A stretch of DNA of 64,000 nt from the human T2T-CHM13v2.0 reference genome, Homo sapiens, in assembly GCF_009914755.1 (NCBI RefSeq), contig NC_060932.1. One strand, written 5' to 3'. Of this stretch, positions 28,372-41,240 are shown in pieces. Within the stretch, counting starts at the first letter, position 1; every line of letters starts with the position of its first letter. Position numbers and translations under genes: made by a program. The notes below the pieces were generated by a model, which saw nothing but the letters and a program-made list of their open reading frames with translations, was not told the DNA's origin and ran no database searches.

Positions 28372-29422
28372 TGTGATCTGAGAGACCAAAATATTATTTA
28401 ATAGATGCTCCTTTATCAACTAAGATGGACCCTACGGTTAAGGTAACTTTTGTTTTCTTAACCTTAGGGTCCATCTTAATTGATAAAGTTCGATTTTCAG
28501 AAATCAGCTAATATGACAAATTTCCAAATTCTAAGGCTACAAGAAAAAAACACAATCTTGCTAAATTCCCTAAAAGTAGGAGCTATCAGGCTCCTCCTAA
28601 CTCTGATTTACAACCCAGACCACTACAACTCTGACTGGACTGAGGACCGGCCTTACAAACATTCTTTCCTGATAAGCAAATGTAGACCTTAAGCCAGCTT
28701 CAGCCAGATATAGAGGCTGTGCACAAACTGTCTCCATGTCCTGTAGTTCACCTTTTTGAGATGCCCAGGTGGGAAGGACTCCCTGGCAGAACTTCCAACA
28801 GACCTGTGCGCTGGGAGCAACGCGCACTCGGGTGGAGTCTTGGGAAGTTTGCCCCGTTTCCAGTGGGGAGGAGCCTGGACCCCCTCTTCCTGGGTGGAAC
28901 CTGGGATTCAGCCTGCGGGGCAGCAAGCATGCTAGCAGGACTCTGGCTTTGAGAAGGGTCCCTTTTTCCCCCTTTTTGCCCAATAAATTTCATTTTTTCT
29001 CACCCTTCAAAGTGTCCGCGAGCCTAATCTCTGATGGTCATGTGACAAGAACCCGGCTCTTAGCTGAACTAAGGAAAATGTCCTACAACATTTCGACATA
29101 AACAGCCAAATTCCATTCTATTTTAATACTAAAACCCTGCCCAAAGTGAACATGGGACGTATATTACATATATGTTTATCCATTGCACATCTGCTCGGCT
29201 CCACTTGTAAATATGCATAGCTTTTCTCCAAAACCTGCTGAATATGTATGACTCTATTGAGTAATATGTACCCTGTGTGGCATAAAACCCAACCTGCCCT
29301 TTCCCTCCTTGAAGCAAGAGCACCTTCAACCCACACCAGGGACTCTTCCTGTTTTGCAACCTGATAATGCCAATAAAGCTCTCCTTTCTACTATTTAGCC
29401 CTCCTGGTGGTCTTTTGGACCA
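28372..29422 (+). mobile_element. MER39-like ERV1 solo LTR, interrupted by MER61
   Basis: Starts tgtgatctgagagaccaaaat, ends aataaagctctcctttctactatttagcc...tcttttggacca; sits within an antisense L2. Confidence 0.8.
28757..29090 (+). mobile_element. MER61-like ERV1 solo LTR
   Basis: TGAGA...gctgaactaaggaaaatgtcctacaaCA; 4-bp TSD tttt/tttc; host LTR resumes after it. Confidence 0.85.
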
Positions 29423-29604
29423 GAATAGATTGAGGGAATGAGCCACGTGGGTATCTGCATGCAGAATAAGTATGAAGACCTTGAATTGGGATGTGCTTGT
29501 CATGCTTGAGTAGCAGCAGGCTGATAAAAATGCCACTAAAGCAGAGTGTGCAAGGGAGGACAGGTGGGGAAAGGAAGTGGCAAGGGGCAGGTGATGTAGG
29601 TCTT

Positions 29605-29960
29605 TAACAATTATGCTAAGTGAAATAATCCAGACACAGAAAAACAAATAGCATGTGGTCTGTCTTATATGGTAGAATCTAAAGAAGGTGAATTTGTAGA
29701 CGGAGAGAATTACAGTGGTGCTTGTCAGGCACTGGGTAGCAGGATGGTTTAGAGGGAATTGGAGAGCTGTTGGTCAAAGGGTTCACGCTTTCAGTTATAA
29801 GAACAACTTCTGGGGATCTAATATACCATATGAGTGGTGATGGATGTACTAATTAAGTTGATTATGGTAACCATTCACAACGTATATGTACATCAAATCA
29901 TTGTTTTGTACACCTTGAACGTATTCAATCTTTATCAATTAAATATTTTAAAATAAAGAA
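29605..29960 (+). mobile_element. L1MA/MB 3' end
   Basis: ttatgctaagtgaaataatccagacacagaaaaacaaata... Confidence 0.8.
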
Positions 29961-30114
29961 ATAGATGGGGAAATATATTTATTGAACACCTATTTTGTAT
30001 CACACTTGGTACCTAGTTTGGGAACACAAAATGGACAAGACAGATGGGGTCTTGCCACCTTGAAGCTTTTGCTAAATCATGTTCCCTATGAAATATTACT
30101 TACTGTTATGACAC

Positions 30115-30577
30115 TGACCAAGGTTCTTTCCTTGTCCTGACTCTAATCAGGCTGCATTCAGCCTTTGTGGTCTCAACCTTGGGCTTTGGTGCCTATTCTT
30201 GTGGATTCCAGTTGTAGCAAGAATCCTGCTTAAAGTCAGTTTAGCCAGAACTCCAACTCTTGATACTTAGTCACCCTCATTCTTCAATTAAATTCCTCAT
30301 CTCTCATCATCCCCCAGGTAATATCTGATCACCTTAGCCTGCTCTCAGCAAGAATCTTGCCAAGTTGGTTTGGTCAGAATCCTGTCTGATGTTTCCTGTT
30401 AGTAATTTTGCATCCACTGATCCCTGCCCTGCTCCTTGGCTGTAAATCCCCACTTTTCCTTGTATTCTGAATTGAGCCCAGTTCTATAGTCAGGTCTCTT
30501 TTCTCCTGTTGCAATAATTCCTGAGTAAAATATATTTGTCACGATTTAACTCCTGCCATCTCTGGTATTCTTTGACA
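30115..30577 (+). mobile_element. MER31-like ERV1 solo LTR
   Basis: Repeated agcaagaatcctgc/cttgcc units; TG...ttctttgaCA; TSD acac/tcac. Confidence 0.75.
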
Positions 30578-32194
30578 TCACAAATACATAAACAGCAACA
30601 ACAACTTGGTCTCCTTGAAAATAATGGGAACACTCAAGCTCATCTAGGACCATGGAAATAGCTTATTTCCTTATATCTTTCCCTTCATCTTCTTTAAAAG
30701 CTATGATCTTTCAAGAGCTACATTTAGAATCTTACATGGCTGGGCAAATTTTGATCTATCTTTTGGTGAATGAATCACTGACTATTCAACCATATAACAA
30801 CTTCTGGCTGCATTGTTACCCAGTAGCGAGAGTTTGCCAAACAGTACTTTGCATGACAAACTACACTGTATCTGCCCATATCCCAGCTTTCCAAGTAATC
30901 TTTGGAAAGTGTTTATTATACCACAAAGTTTCCAAATGTTTATTTCAATTGCTTAGGGGAAAAAGGATTGGTTTGGAGGGCAGTGAAATTGGTTGTTTTT
31001 CCTACCCATTTTCCATGTGTTTCACTCCATTAGGTCTGGGCTTGCAAAGTTTAGGAAGGGGTTTGTATGTCACAATTCAACTGCAAATAGAACATAGCAA
31101 ATTCTCTTGTGAGTGTTTTGGAAAATGTATGCTGCTCTTTCAGTGCTTCATCAGGCTGTGAGAGATTGTGAAACCCCACAGCTTTCACAGTTTTGCAGTC
31201 AGAAGAAAGCCTTTTTTGTTTTTATTACTGAGCATTTAAAACTCACGAGAAAAAATGGAAAAGCCCTAGAATAAAAGCGTGTTGAGAGGAGGTTCAAGGC
31301 AGTGGCAAGAATGGCTATCCCAGTTTTGGGTCAAAACAAGTGACAACTAACAAGACAGAGAACATATTTATGCTTGCTACTTTAATGTTTGGTCTCATTA
31401 TCTTATTAGATATATTGAACGATATTTGTAAATAGGCAGGGAAAATTGAAGCTTTGTGTGTGTGCGTGTGCGTGTGTGTGTGTGTTTTATTATAGGTAGC
31501 TTTTATAGCATGGGATTTCTCTCATAACAGGTAGAGGGGCATGGTTCCTTCCCCATTCTGAAGCTTTGTGTTGTTTTTTTGCTTTTTTTTCTAGTATAAA
31601 GAGTTCAATTAGGGTAACTCTGCCCCTTACCTCATTTGTCCTGGTGATACGTATGAAATAACACCAATTTGCTAGTTAGATTAATTGTGATTAGTGATTA
31701 GATTAATTGTGTGCACTCCACTTCTTCTTGCTCATCTTCCTTTTAGGAGGAAGGCTGCCCTTGGAGGGGAAATGTTCCCTCTGTTCCTTTCGCCCATGAG
31801 AATGGGCCTGCTGTCTTGTCCACTACTGCCTGTGACTGGCTCAGAAGTGGGCCTAATGCTGGGATTCATTGAATGTGCCTTCCTACCCAGCTGTATCTTT
31901 GTAAATATTGATCTTTTAGTTTCTATCTTTAATCTTTTATGTTTATTTTTCAAATTTTTCAGAAGCTTATTTGGGAAGAAGGGTGCTATTTATTGGGGCC
32001 AATTCAGAGACCTAAACTGTAACTCAAAGATCAGTTCTATGAATATAGAATACAGAAATCCAATCATCATTGCATGAGAGAGTGCCAAGTTCAAGCCAAT
32101 CAGCTAAAAGGCAAATCTCAATGTTTTGTCTCTCAAAACACTCTCTGCATAAAGACCTTGGACATACTAGTTTAACCAATAGAAAAGCTTGTCA

Positions 32195-32537
32195 GGGCCA
32201 GGCATGGTTGCTCGGCCTGTAATCCCAGCAATTTGGGAGGCCAGCATCGAAGGATCACTTGAGGCCAGAAGTTCAAGACTAGCCAAGGCAACATGGCAAG
32301 ACCCGATCTCTACAATAAATTAAAAAAAATATATTAGTAGGGCATGGTGGCATGCGCCTGTCATCTCAGTTAGTCAGGAGGTTAAGTTGAGAGGATCACT
32401 TGATCCCAGGAGGGTGAGGCTTCTGTGGGCTGTGATTATGCCACTGCACTCTAGCTTGAGTAACAGAGCAAGACCCTATCTCTAAAACAAAACAAAACAA
32501 AACAAAACAAAACAAAACAAAACAAAACAAAACAAAA
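32195..32537 (+). mobile_element. AluJ with (CAAAA)n tail
   Basis: Alu dimer; pentanucleotide array at ~32484-32537. Confidence 0.92.
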
Positions 32538-32989
32538 GGCTAATGAGCATTAAACCTACAGAAAGGAATCTGAGCAGAAAAAGCCAATGGTCAATGATAG
32601 GGAATCCTGATTTCTTACTGACACCCAAAACACTAATAAATCTCTTGATGATGTATGAGTTGCTGTTACCTTGCACAGCAGTGAGCAGTTCTATATGGCA
32701 ATTGCTCAGTTAGCTCTCAACTTCCTGAACAGCAGTTGCAGTTATTCAGCCTTGCTCTTAAGCGTTAGTCTGCATGCTGAGTTTTAGACTAGCTAACTGT
32801 TAGAAAAGGTGGATGCTGAGACCTGCAGAGGGAAGTTCTCATGACACAGATGTATGTGTCTCAAAAACTGTTTTCTCCCAGTATGTAGCCTCCAGAGAGA
32901 TTCCCTGCCTGGCTTGGCTCTGGGGTGAAGGAGGCTGGTGGTTTTCAATTAAATGCTTATAAAATATTTTAGAAGAAACAGGGACAGAT

Positions 32990-33220
32990 TGTAAATTATA
33001 AAAATGACCACAGAAGTATTTCCAGCCCCATCTGCTCTTCCAGAACCTTGTCACTCCCCATGAAAAGGTAGATTTTATCTGGGTAGGGCTTTCTTACTGC
33101 CTTGAGGCAAAAATGTGGTTCTGAAAGTGATGCTGGGACATAAAAGACCGTAAGATACTTCTCTGGCTCTTTCTTAGGATGCGGTTCCCTGGAAACTGAG
33201 CCACCACACGGTAACGAAGC
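32990..33220 (+). mobile_element. MLT1G/H-like LTR, 5' part (split by the MER21 provirus)
   Basis: Ends ggaaactgagccaccacacggtaacgaagc; continues at 45211 agcccaggccacatggagag as in the MLT1 consensus. Confidence 0.7.
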
Positions 33221-33255
33221 TGTGAAAAAAGAAATATATATATTATATATATATA

Positions 33256-33535
33256 GCCATGCACGGTGGCTCACACCTGTAATCCTAGCACTTTGGGAGG
33301 CCGAGGTGAGCAGATTACTTGCAGTCAGGAGTTCGAGGCCAGCCTGGCCAACATGGCGAAACCCTATCTCTACTAAAAATACAAAAATTAGCCAGGCATG
33401 GTGGCACACGCCTGTAGTCCCAGCTACTCAGGAGAGGCAGAGGTTACAGTGAGCCGAGATTGTGCCACTACTCCAGCCTGGGTGACACAGCAAGATTCTG
33501 TCTCAAAAACAAACAAACAAACAAACAAATAAACA
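33256..33535 (+). mobile_element. AluS inserted in the MER21 LTR
   Basis: Alu with a deletion in the right arm; (TA)n flanks. Confidence 0.93.
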
Positions 33536-33558
33536 ATATATATAGGTCTCCATCCACA

Positions 33559-33864
33559 GTTTTTTTTTTTTTCTTTTTTTTTTGAGATGGAGTCTCACTC
33601 TGTCACTCAGGCTGGAGTGCAGTGGCGTGATCTTGGCTCACTGCAACCTCTGCCTCTTGAGTTCAAGTGATACTCCTGCCTCAGCCTCCTGAGTAGCTGG
33701 GTTTACAGGCTCCCACCACCATGTCCAGCTAATTTTTGTATTTTTAGTAGAGATGTGGTTTTGCCATGTTGGCCAGGCTGGTCTTGATCACCTGACCTCG
33801 ATGATCCCCCCACCTCGGCCTCCCAAAGTGCTGGGATTACAGGTGTGAGCCACTGCACCTGGCC
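33559..33864 (-). mobile_element. AluS inserted in the MER21 LTR
   Basis: Full dimer; TSD ctcca(tc/ct)cacagttttt. Confidence 0.93.
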
Positions 33865-34218
33865 TCCACTCACAGTTTTTAACACAGAAGTTTCAAAACT
33901 TTTGTAAAGAGAGGTGCCAGGAGAATCTTTTGTTCTAATATTTGGTCTTAGACCCCAGTTCCGTACACAGGGTTTCTAAGACCTTTGTAATAACCATAGT
34001 GATAGGAGCATCTGACACAAAGCTCCTAAATCCCTTGGAATTTCCCAGGTGATAGGAGCCTCTTTTGTTCTAGTGAGCTGACTCTTGGTGGGCTCCTGGG
34101 TGGGTACTGGTCACCAGAAAAACCAAGGCATGCTTAGAAGCTTGGAACTTTTAGCTCCACATCTCGTCCTCTGAAGAGGGGAGAGGAGCTAGAGTCTGAG
34201 TTAATCGATCAGGCTTAC

Positions 34219-35960
34219 CAGTGGCATTTAGAAATGGTGCTAGACCCAACTTCTGAGGAGTTGGCTTATTGGATACATGAGGAAATGCAAAACAATAAGA
34301 AACATACTAAACATACAATCCTTTGGTTATTGTTATTTATAACAGCAAAAAATGAAAGAAAGTACAGAGCTGGACTTTGGGTCCTGCACAAAGCTCAGTT
34401 TTGGTTTGAATGAGCTTCAGCTATTAGCCTCAAAGATGCTTGCAAAGGGAAAAATTAAGCAGGGACAACAGAAAGTATCTCTGGTCACCAAGAGGGCAGT
34501 CAGCTTGGGGAAAGGGACAAGCCAAGAGACTACTGAAACCTGGGGGTATTGCATGAAGAAGTTATCTCATCTTGTGGATTGATACCATCAGCTCCCTGAA
34601 GAACCTTTACTAACGTGGATTGTGAGAGTAGCTAATTTGGGGGCTGTGTCTTTTGTTTTGAATGCTACAGAGTGGAAGCACATGCTTGAGTTGATTCAGG
34701 ATCCACAGGTCACTATTGAACAATCCCTCTACACAGGGAGTTATTCCTATACAGTATGGCTATAAAGTGTGTTTATCCTAAAAGTGGGATTGTAACTCCC
34801 CCATAAATCCCAAGTGGAACATCTCAGATGATGCAGCTGATAGGCTTCATATGCAAGCTTTATGAGGAGTGGCTATTCGTTTGCTGAATATGCCTGTAAC
34901 TGAGCAGCTTGGCTTCAAATAGCATTTTAAAACTTTGCTTTCTGTCCTCCTTTCTCTCCAATCTCAAGATATAACTTTGAGACAAATTGTATATGTGTTA
35001 CCTGTCATCTTGAAATACAGCCTTGGAATGTGCTGTGAACATCCACTCCTTTTCTTTTCCTGTTCTATGCTACCATGTCTGATGCACGTTTATTTACCTA
35101 TATGCTTGTTAAGCACACACCATACTCACTTATCTGGTCATATGTTTCCTTAGAAGCTTCAGGGGCTGGATCCTGATATGGACCAGACACCTCCAGCCAC
35201 AATGGCACCAGACGTTTCACCAGATGGAACAATAACTTAAGACAAGCCATCATATTGGTCATGCCACCTGATACCTCCTAGGCCCCCTGCCTCTTCTGCA
35301 TTCCAAACCTTCTCTTTAAAACCAACCCCCGTGTTCTCTTCACAAATTGAAGAGTGGAGATTTTTGGAAAGTATTACACCCCTTCTTCCCCTTCCTAGCA
35401 TGGATAATAAAATCTCACTCTCTTTTTGTCACACTTCACTCTTGTTATATTGGCTTCTTTTTACAAGCTACAAGCAGCCAGACCCTTTTGCCAATTACAT
35501 GCCCATTATGAGGTTATGGAAAATGTTGTGATTAAAGGAGTTCCTTTTCCATGGGCACCCCATGTGTACTTCTGCAAAATGGAACAATAGCTTGAAAAGC
35601 CTTACCAGATTTGCTGTCTCAGCTTCCCCTGTGGGTCTTACTGATCAAGGACATTATAGTAAATAAAAAAAAAAATGAGAGAGACAAAGAAGAGAGTCAT
35701 GGACTTGTCCCAGCAGGGTAGGAGTCTTTAGATGGTTATTGAGAAACTGGATGAATGTTGTGGATATTGATGGTGTTGAAACAAAAGTATTAATGCAGCA
35801 CTATTGAAGGTTAGATGAACCAATGGGACTTTCTGTTTGTCTCCCAACATTGAAAGGCTCCAACAAGTTTTCTCCATTTACCCCAGTTTGGAGAAACTTA
35901 AAAAGTCAGAGATTACTCAGAACTGGTTGGGGTGACGGTTAAGTAGGTTAATCAAGATTG
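34219..35960 (+). pseudogene. ERVL-type gag relic (interrupted by a solo LTR)
   Basis: ~34583-34650 translates YHQLPEEPLLTWIVRVANLG, matching the ERVL gag motif Y.Q.PGE.L..WILR; many stops and frameshifts. Confidence 0.65.
34895..35499 (+). mobile_element. ERV1 solo LTR (MER4-group, LTR48/LTR29-like) inside gag
   Basis: TGTAAC...aattaCA termini, AATAAA at ~35406, perfect 4-bp TSD tgcc (34891-34894, 35500-35503). Confidence 0.8.
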
Positions 35961-36042
35961 ATGAGGGGCCAGGGTCTCCTGGCCAGACCTCAGGCTGGCA
36001 GGGGTCCCAAGGACATATGCACATGTGTAGATAAAATGGTCA

Positions 36043-38700
36043 GTGGAAGGAGAAGAGACTTTTCTGGGACTCCTTGGTATAGGAGGTCAATGCATTGTAA
36101 TTCCAAAAGCTGTTGGTGAAGACTTAACAGGAGTTAAAGTTAAGATTGGGGGAGTATATGGAGCTTCAGTGGTTGGTGGGGTTAACATGGAAGTTTGGAG
36201 GACAATTGGAATTCTTGAAAAAGCTTTATGTGAGTTGGTTGTGTCACCTTTACCTGAATGTATTATTGGGATGGATATTATGTCTGACTGCGGATTGCTT
36301 CCCCTACCTAATATTGTTATTAGAAGTTATGTAAGTCTTCCCTCAGGCCAGTTTTCTTTGAATGTGCTAAATGAGAACCATTAGAACTGCCTGAATCCAC
36401 ACAGGTGGTTAATTTAAAACAATATGGAGTACCTGACAGCAGCAGAGGGGGGTGGGGGGGTGGGGGGCAAAAGGACATTCACACTTTAATTAATGACATG
36501 CTAGATGCAGGAGTGCTGATACAAAAGAATTTTTTGAACAACAGCCCTGTGTGGAAAAGGAGGATGGCTCATGGAGAACAAACAGTAGATTATTGAGGCT
36601 TAAATACATAAATTTGTACCTCAGTACAATTTTATAGCCTCAGTAATTTTAGTCATGATTTCAATCATACAAAAAGACTGCTACTCAGTGATCGACCTTG
36701 CAAACATTCTTCTCTCAGTCTCAGAAAGTGCCAAACACTGTTTGCTCTTATATGGGAAGGATCCCAGTTTATGTATACTGTGCTACCATAGGGTCATCTG
36801 AACTCACTGGTTTACTGTCATAATTTGGTCAGAAGGGATTTGGATTTGATGTAGGTCTCAAGTGTAATAATACACTATATTGATGATGAGATGATAATAT
36901 TGGAAACTAAAGAGCCAGGTTAAGACTGAGTTGAATGCAGCGATGACTCACATGACCAACCAAGGCTGATCAGTAAATTCAGCAAACATCCAAGGACTTG
37001 CCCACATGGTAAAATTCTTAGGAATAACATAGGCAGGAGCCACCCAGTTCCACAAGTGACTACAAATAAACTGCTGTTGTTAATCACCCCCAAGACCAAA
37101 CAAGACATCTAGCATTTGGTTGTTGTATTTGGAGTTTAGAGAATGCATATTCTACATCTGAAAATATTGCTAGCTTCTATACATAAGACTACCTGAAAGA
37201 AAACCATTTTGAGTGGGGACCTGAACAAAAGCAGACCATGTCTGAATTACAAAAATCAATAGCTCTCTCAATGCCTCTGGGCCATTATGATCTCCATTCA
37301 GATGATTTTGGAAGTGTCTGCTACCAGTGCTCATGCAAACTGCAGCTTATGGTAAAAGCCTGAGCACCTGGGATTCCAGATGCTGCCGCCCCATACACAT
37401 CATTCGAGAGGCAATTACTAGCTTGCTGTTGGGCTTTAATTGAGACGACCTCAATGACTGAAGGACATAAAATAATCATGAAACCTGAGATACTGATAAT
37501 GTCTTGGGTGATGTCAGAGAAACACTCTAATAAGAAAGGCAGTGCCCAGAAGAGCTCCATGATAAAGTGGAAATGGTTTATACAGAAGCATGCTACTGGT
37601 GGAATGCAAGGAGGCACCTACTGTATCCATAAGTAGCTAGCCTCAGGTCCCCTAGGACTGACTTCAGAATCACTGGAAGAACTGCCAGACTCTATTGCCA
37701 TGTGGAAGTGCCCTATGAACAGCTCTTGATGGGCTGACAAAGAACTGCTGGGTTTATGGATGGCAGTTCCAAGATGGATGGACATTATGTTGTCTGGAGA
37801 TATGCTGTATTAAGACCAGAAGATACAAAAACTAGTTTAAGAAATTAAGAACAAATTGGCTTAATGGGTTGAATTACATGCCGGTTTTTTTTTTTTTAGC
37901 AGTGATGGAAGAGTTTAACAATGGTAAAAGCCCTTATGTTTGGGTTTTTATAAACTCATGGGCAATAGCCAATGGTCTGGCTATGTGGTCAGATAGATGG
38001 ACAATGGAAAACTGGGCTATTGAAGGGATGGTCTTATGTGGTGTGGCCTTATGGAAATTACTATGGGAAATTAAGGGGAGCATTGAAGAACTACTTACAG
38101 GTTCAGGAGGTGACTTAAACCATCATATAGACTTATTGATGCTCTCCCATGAGGTGGTGAGCTGGGTCCATGAAATAAGTGAACATGGTGTGGGGGTTAC
38201 AGCCATGCAGAAATGGACTGAATGTAGACATATTCCTCTTCACTCTCTGAAGCACAGAATGTCACCAAGAACTGTTTCATCTGTCAACAGGAGAGATAGA
38301 GATTGCAGATGGCTACAGAGAAGATTCTACATGGGGAAGGCCCCACACATAGCTGGTAAGTGGATTATATTAGACCAATGCCAGTAGCCCCTGGGAGCTA
38401 CAAATGGGTCCCAGCAGGAATAGACACTTACTCTGGACTGGTAGTAAATGCAAATGCTGAAAATACTATTTAAAGATTGGAACAGACAATACTGTTCCAA
38501 TTTGGCTCATCAAGCTACATTTCTTTAGCCCAAGGATGCACTTTACAACCCATAGTGTCCAACAGTGAGCAAAGAAATACTACATCAAATGGACATATTA
38601 TGTTGCATATCATCCTCAGGGTAATCGTTTAATAGAGAATTGGAACAGGCAATTGAAATATTTACCACCTAAAACAAGAGAAGACAAAGGCATGAGGGAC
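36043..38700 (+). pseudogene. ERVL-type pro-pol relic (protease, RT, RNase H, integrase)
   Basis: Protease FLGLLGIGGQCIVIP (decayed LLDTG) and SPLPECIIGMDIM; RT NSPVW, TVDY, VIDLAN, HYIDD (36873-36887); RNase H FMDGSS and NSWAIANGLAMWS; IN VDYIRPMP...GIDTYSG and YHPQGNRLIENWNRQLK. Multiple stops. Confidence 0.9.
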
Positions 38701-39570
38701 TTGCCTTCATGAGTGTGTGCTCACACTCAACATGGGGGAGGATAAAGGAAGGCTCCCCCTGGATAGATTTCTCACTTTTCTGGGGGATCTGGCAAAGCAG
38801 GGGTGGAAATCTCCCTCCTGCTGCCAGTGTGGTTATATGATTTTTCCCATATAATCTCACTTTTTTTTTGTCCCAGTAAGAAGCACTGGAGCACTGCCTG
38901 ATGCCAAGGGTCCTAGGACCAGGGATGTGACTGTGTACATCCTCGTAAGCAAGGATGATTTCTAGGCAAGAAAGTGTAACTAACTTTTAAACATCTATGC
39001 CAGAAGTCCTAAGGGCCTGATAGTGTGAATTCACATCTGTGAATATTGCTGTGTTGCCTAGGGATTGGGCTAGCCCTGACATCCCCGATAGGACAGTTCT
39101 GTACCCAGGTAACCTGACCCTATCTGAATGGAAATGGACTGAAAGGGAGGCATTTGTTAGACTAGCATCACTGTCAGCAATGGCCCTCCCAAAGATGGAA
39201 AACTCTGGGTCAGAATAAATGACAAATGGAGAGAAGGAGTAATAGTAGCCGGGGGTAAAGGAATATAGTGCATACATGAGGTATGCAACAAGGGAAATGC
39301 AACATTGTCTTAATACCTCAGGAGAGACTCAGATCAGGATATTATTTCTTAGCACAATTATGAACAGATGTTTGGAACGGTGAAGCTGTATGTTTGCTGA
39401 GACCACCCCTGCTTTTGGAACCTTTCAAGGTTGAACGACAGCCTGCAAACCTGAAAGGCATAGTTCTGGGAGCCATTCTGGTCATATGGTATGATGATGA
39501 ATTAGACTGTTAATGACCAAATGGGACTCTAGTAACGTATCAGTGGTATCTTTTGACTTCTATATTTTAG

Positions 39571-41240
39571 GCTACATCAACTACAAAGGATATCTTTTGG
39601 GGAGGAAGTTTTGAGGACTGCTTTCTACTGAGACTTCAATCTATGTGGTGTATGGCTCTCAACAGACTGATCACTATGGTAACCACAAAACCTACAAAAC
39701 CTGATGGTCAAATGCTTAGAAAGGTCCTTGGTTATGATAGAAAAAATATGATGGTAGCATGCCCAACATAGCATGCATTTAGGCTATGCATAAATACATA
39801 CCACTCTTGTTTTTGTGGACAGAAAGCTATTAAGCAGTATAGGGAAAAACAATGGGCCTCTGGTAGGATTAAAGAAGTTGGCATCACATTGTAGATCCAA
39901 GTTCCCCTGGGGAATGACCCCACTCGAAATAAGGAAGGCTGTGAGAGGCCTTATGGCACACTCAAATTAAATTACATCTACCTGTAAACACCAATCATCT
40001 AACTCTAGTGTGGGGACCCAAAATTTTTTGCAAAACATTTATCCTAACTGCATTCGCGCCATTAGTACGCAATACCAATGATATGCATGGTAGATTAAAC
40101 AACACTGGCTCCTAAGACAGAAAAGGGCCTCAGGAGAGATAGGTGCAGGTCTAGGTATCCTGGGACAAGCTGAGTTTACTCTTAATGTGGAGCAGCATTC
40201 GGAGGAAAAAGATTTATTAACTAGAAGAGACAGAATAGAGGAAATTCTCTTCAAGGAGGAAGGCAAAGGATGGAGTCGGGGCGGAAAGATAATGAGGCTT
40301 TAGCGAAGTGGATCAGGCCAACTCAACAAACAATGCTGGGCACTGCTAACACCCAGCCCAGGGGAAAGGGCTTGTACCCTGACCCAATAGGACCTCTTGA
40401 CTATTTTAATACAGATGGAAGCTGAAGTGGCCATGGGGCAGTGACCTGCTATTCTGGCTGCTGAGGTCCAAGAGACCCACCCATGGGAGTCTGATGGCCT
40501 TCCAAACTTATGGAAGTTCTCTGAGGGCACTTGTAGTTTTACACTGATAGACTATGAATGCTCTCACCCACAGCATAGATCAAAATGAAATACATCCTGC
40601 AGTACAGTTGGTAGAAATGGGAACCACTCTGAATACCACCTGTGTCCTCCCTGCAAGAAGGAGGTGGGCCTTGCTATCTAATAATACACAATGGAAACCA
40701 GCCTCAGTACAAGCCTGTGAGATGAGGTGGGGTGGTTCTTTTTGTCCTCAATTAACTAGAAACCCAGATATAACTAAACCATGGCCAACTGTAATAATGC
40801 CCTTCCTTAATAATATCTGACAAATGGACAAGAGTAGATTCTGTTGGGAAGACAAGACAAATTCCTCTGTAATTCTTACTTATTTGTTCTTTTATGAAAC
40901 TGAGTTGTCCCATGACCATACGGTGATATGGTGTCATACTGGTGCTGTAAGTAAGATTCAATTACCTGGTATAAATAAATCTTATGATACTACTGATATT
41001 GGTGACTCAATGTAATGGGAGATTGAGTTAAAGTCTCTCCAGGATGTAATACTTATGGAAAATAACTGACTTGAAGAGAAATTGGATTTAGCTAACCATC
41101 AGCTGATTTTTCTGCTAAATAGTTCTGCAAAGCTTATTACAAGACACAAATAGCAATAGAATGCACAAATTAGTACAAGAATATGAAAATGTTGGTTATG
41201 ATTTTATAGGATAAATTAGCTGTTCCTTTAAATCTATCCC
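39571..41240 (+). pseudogene. Putative env/fusion-glycoprotein relic of the class III ERV
   Basis: Downstream of IN; RQKR (40115-40126) followed by ASGEIGAGLGILGQA; Cys-rich segment in ORFs 40554-40820 and 40824-41015; heptad-like segment at ~41016-41150. Confidence 0.55.

Noticed and set aside
30652-31161. 169-aa ORF as a gene
   Set aside because: No recognisable domain and composition typical of chance ORFs; no supporting gene structure.
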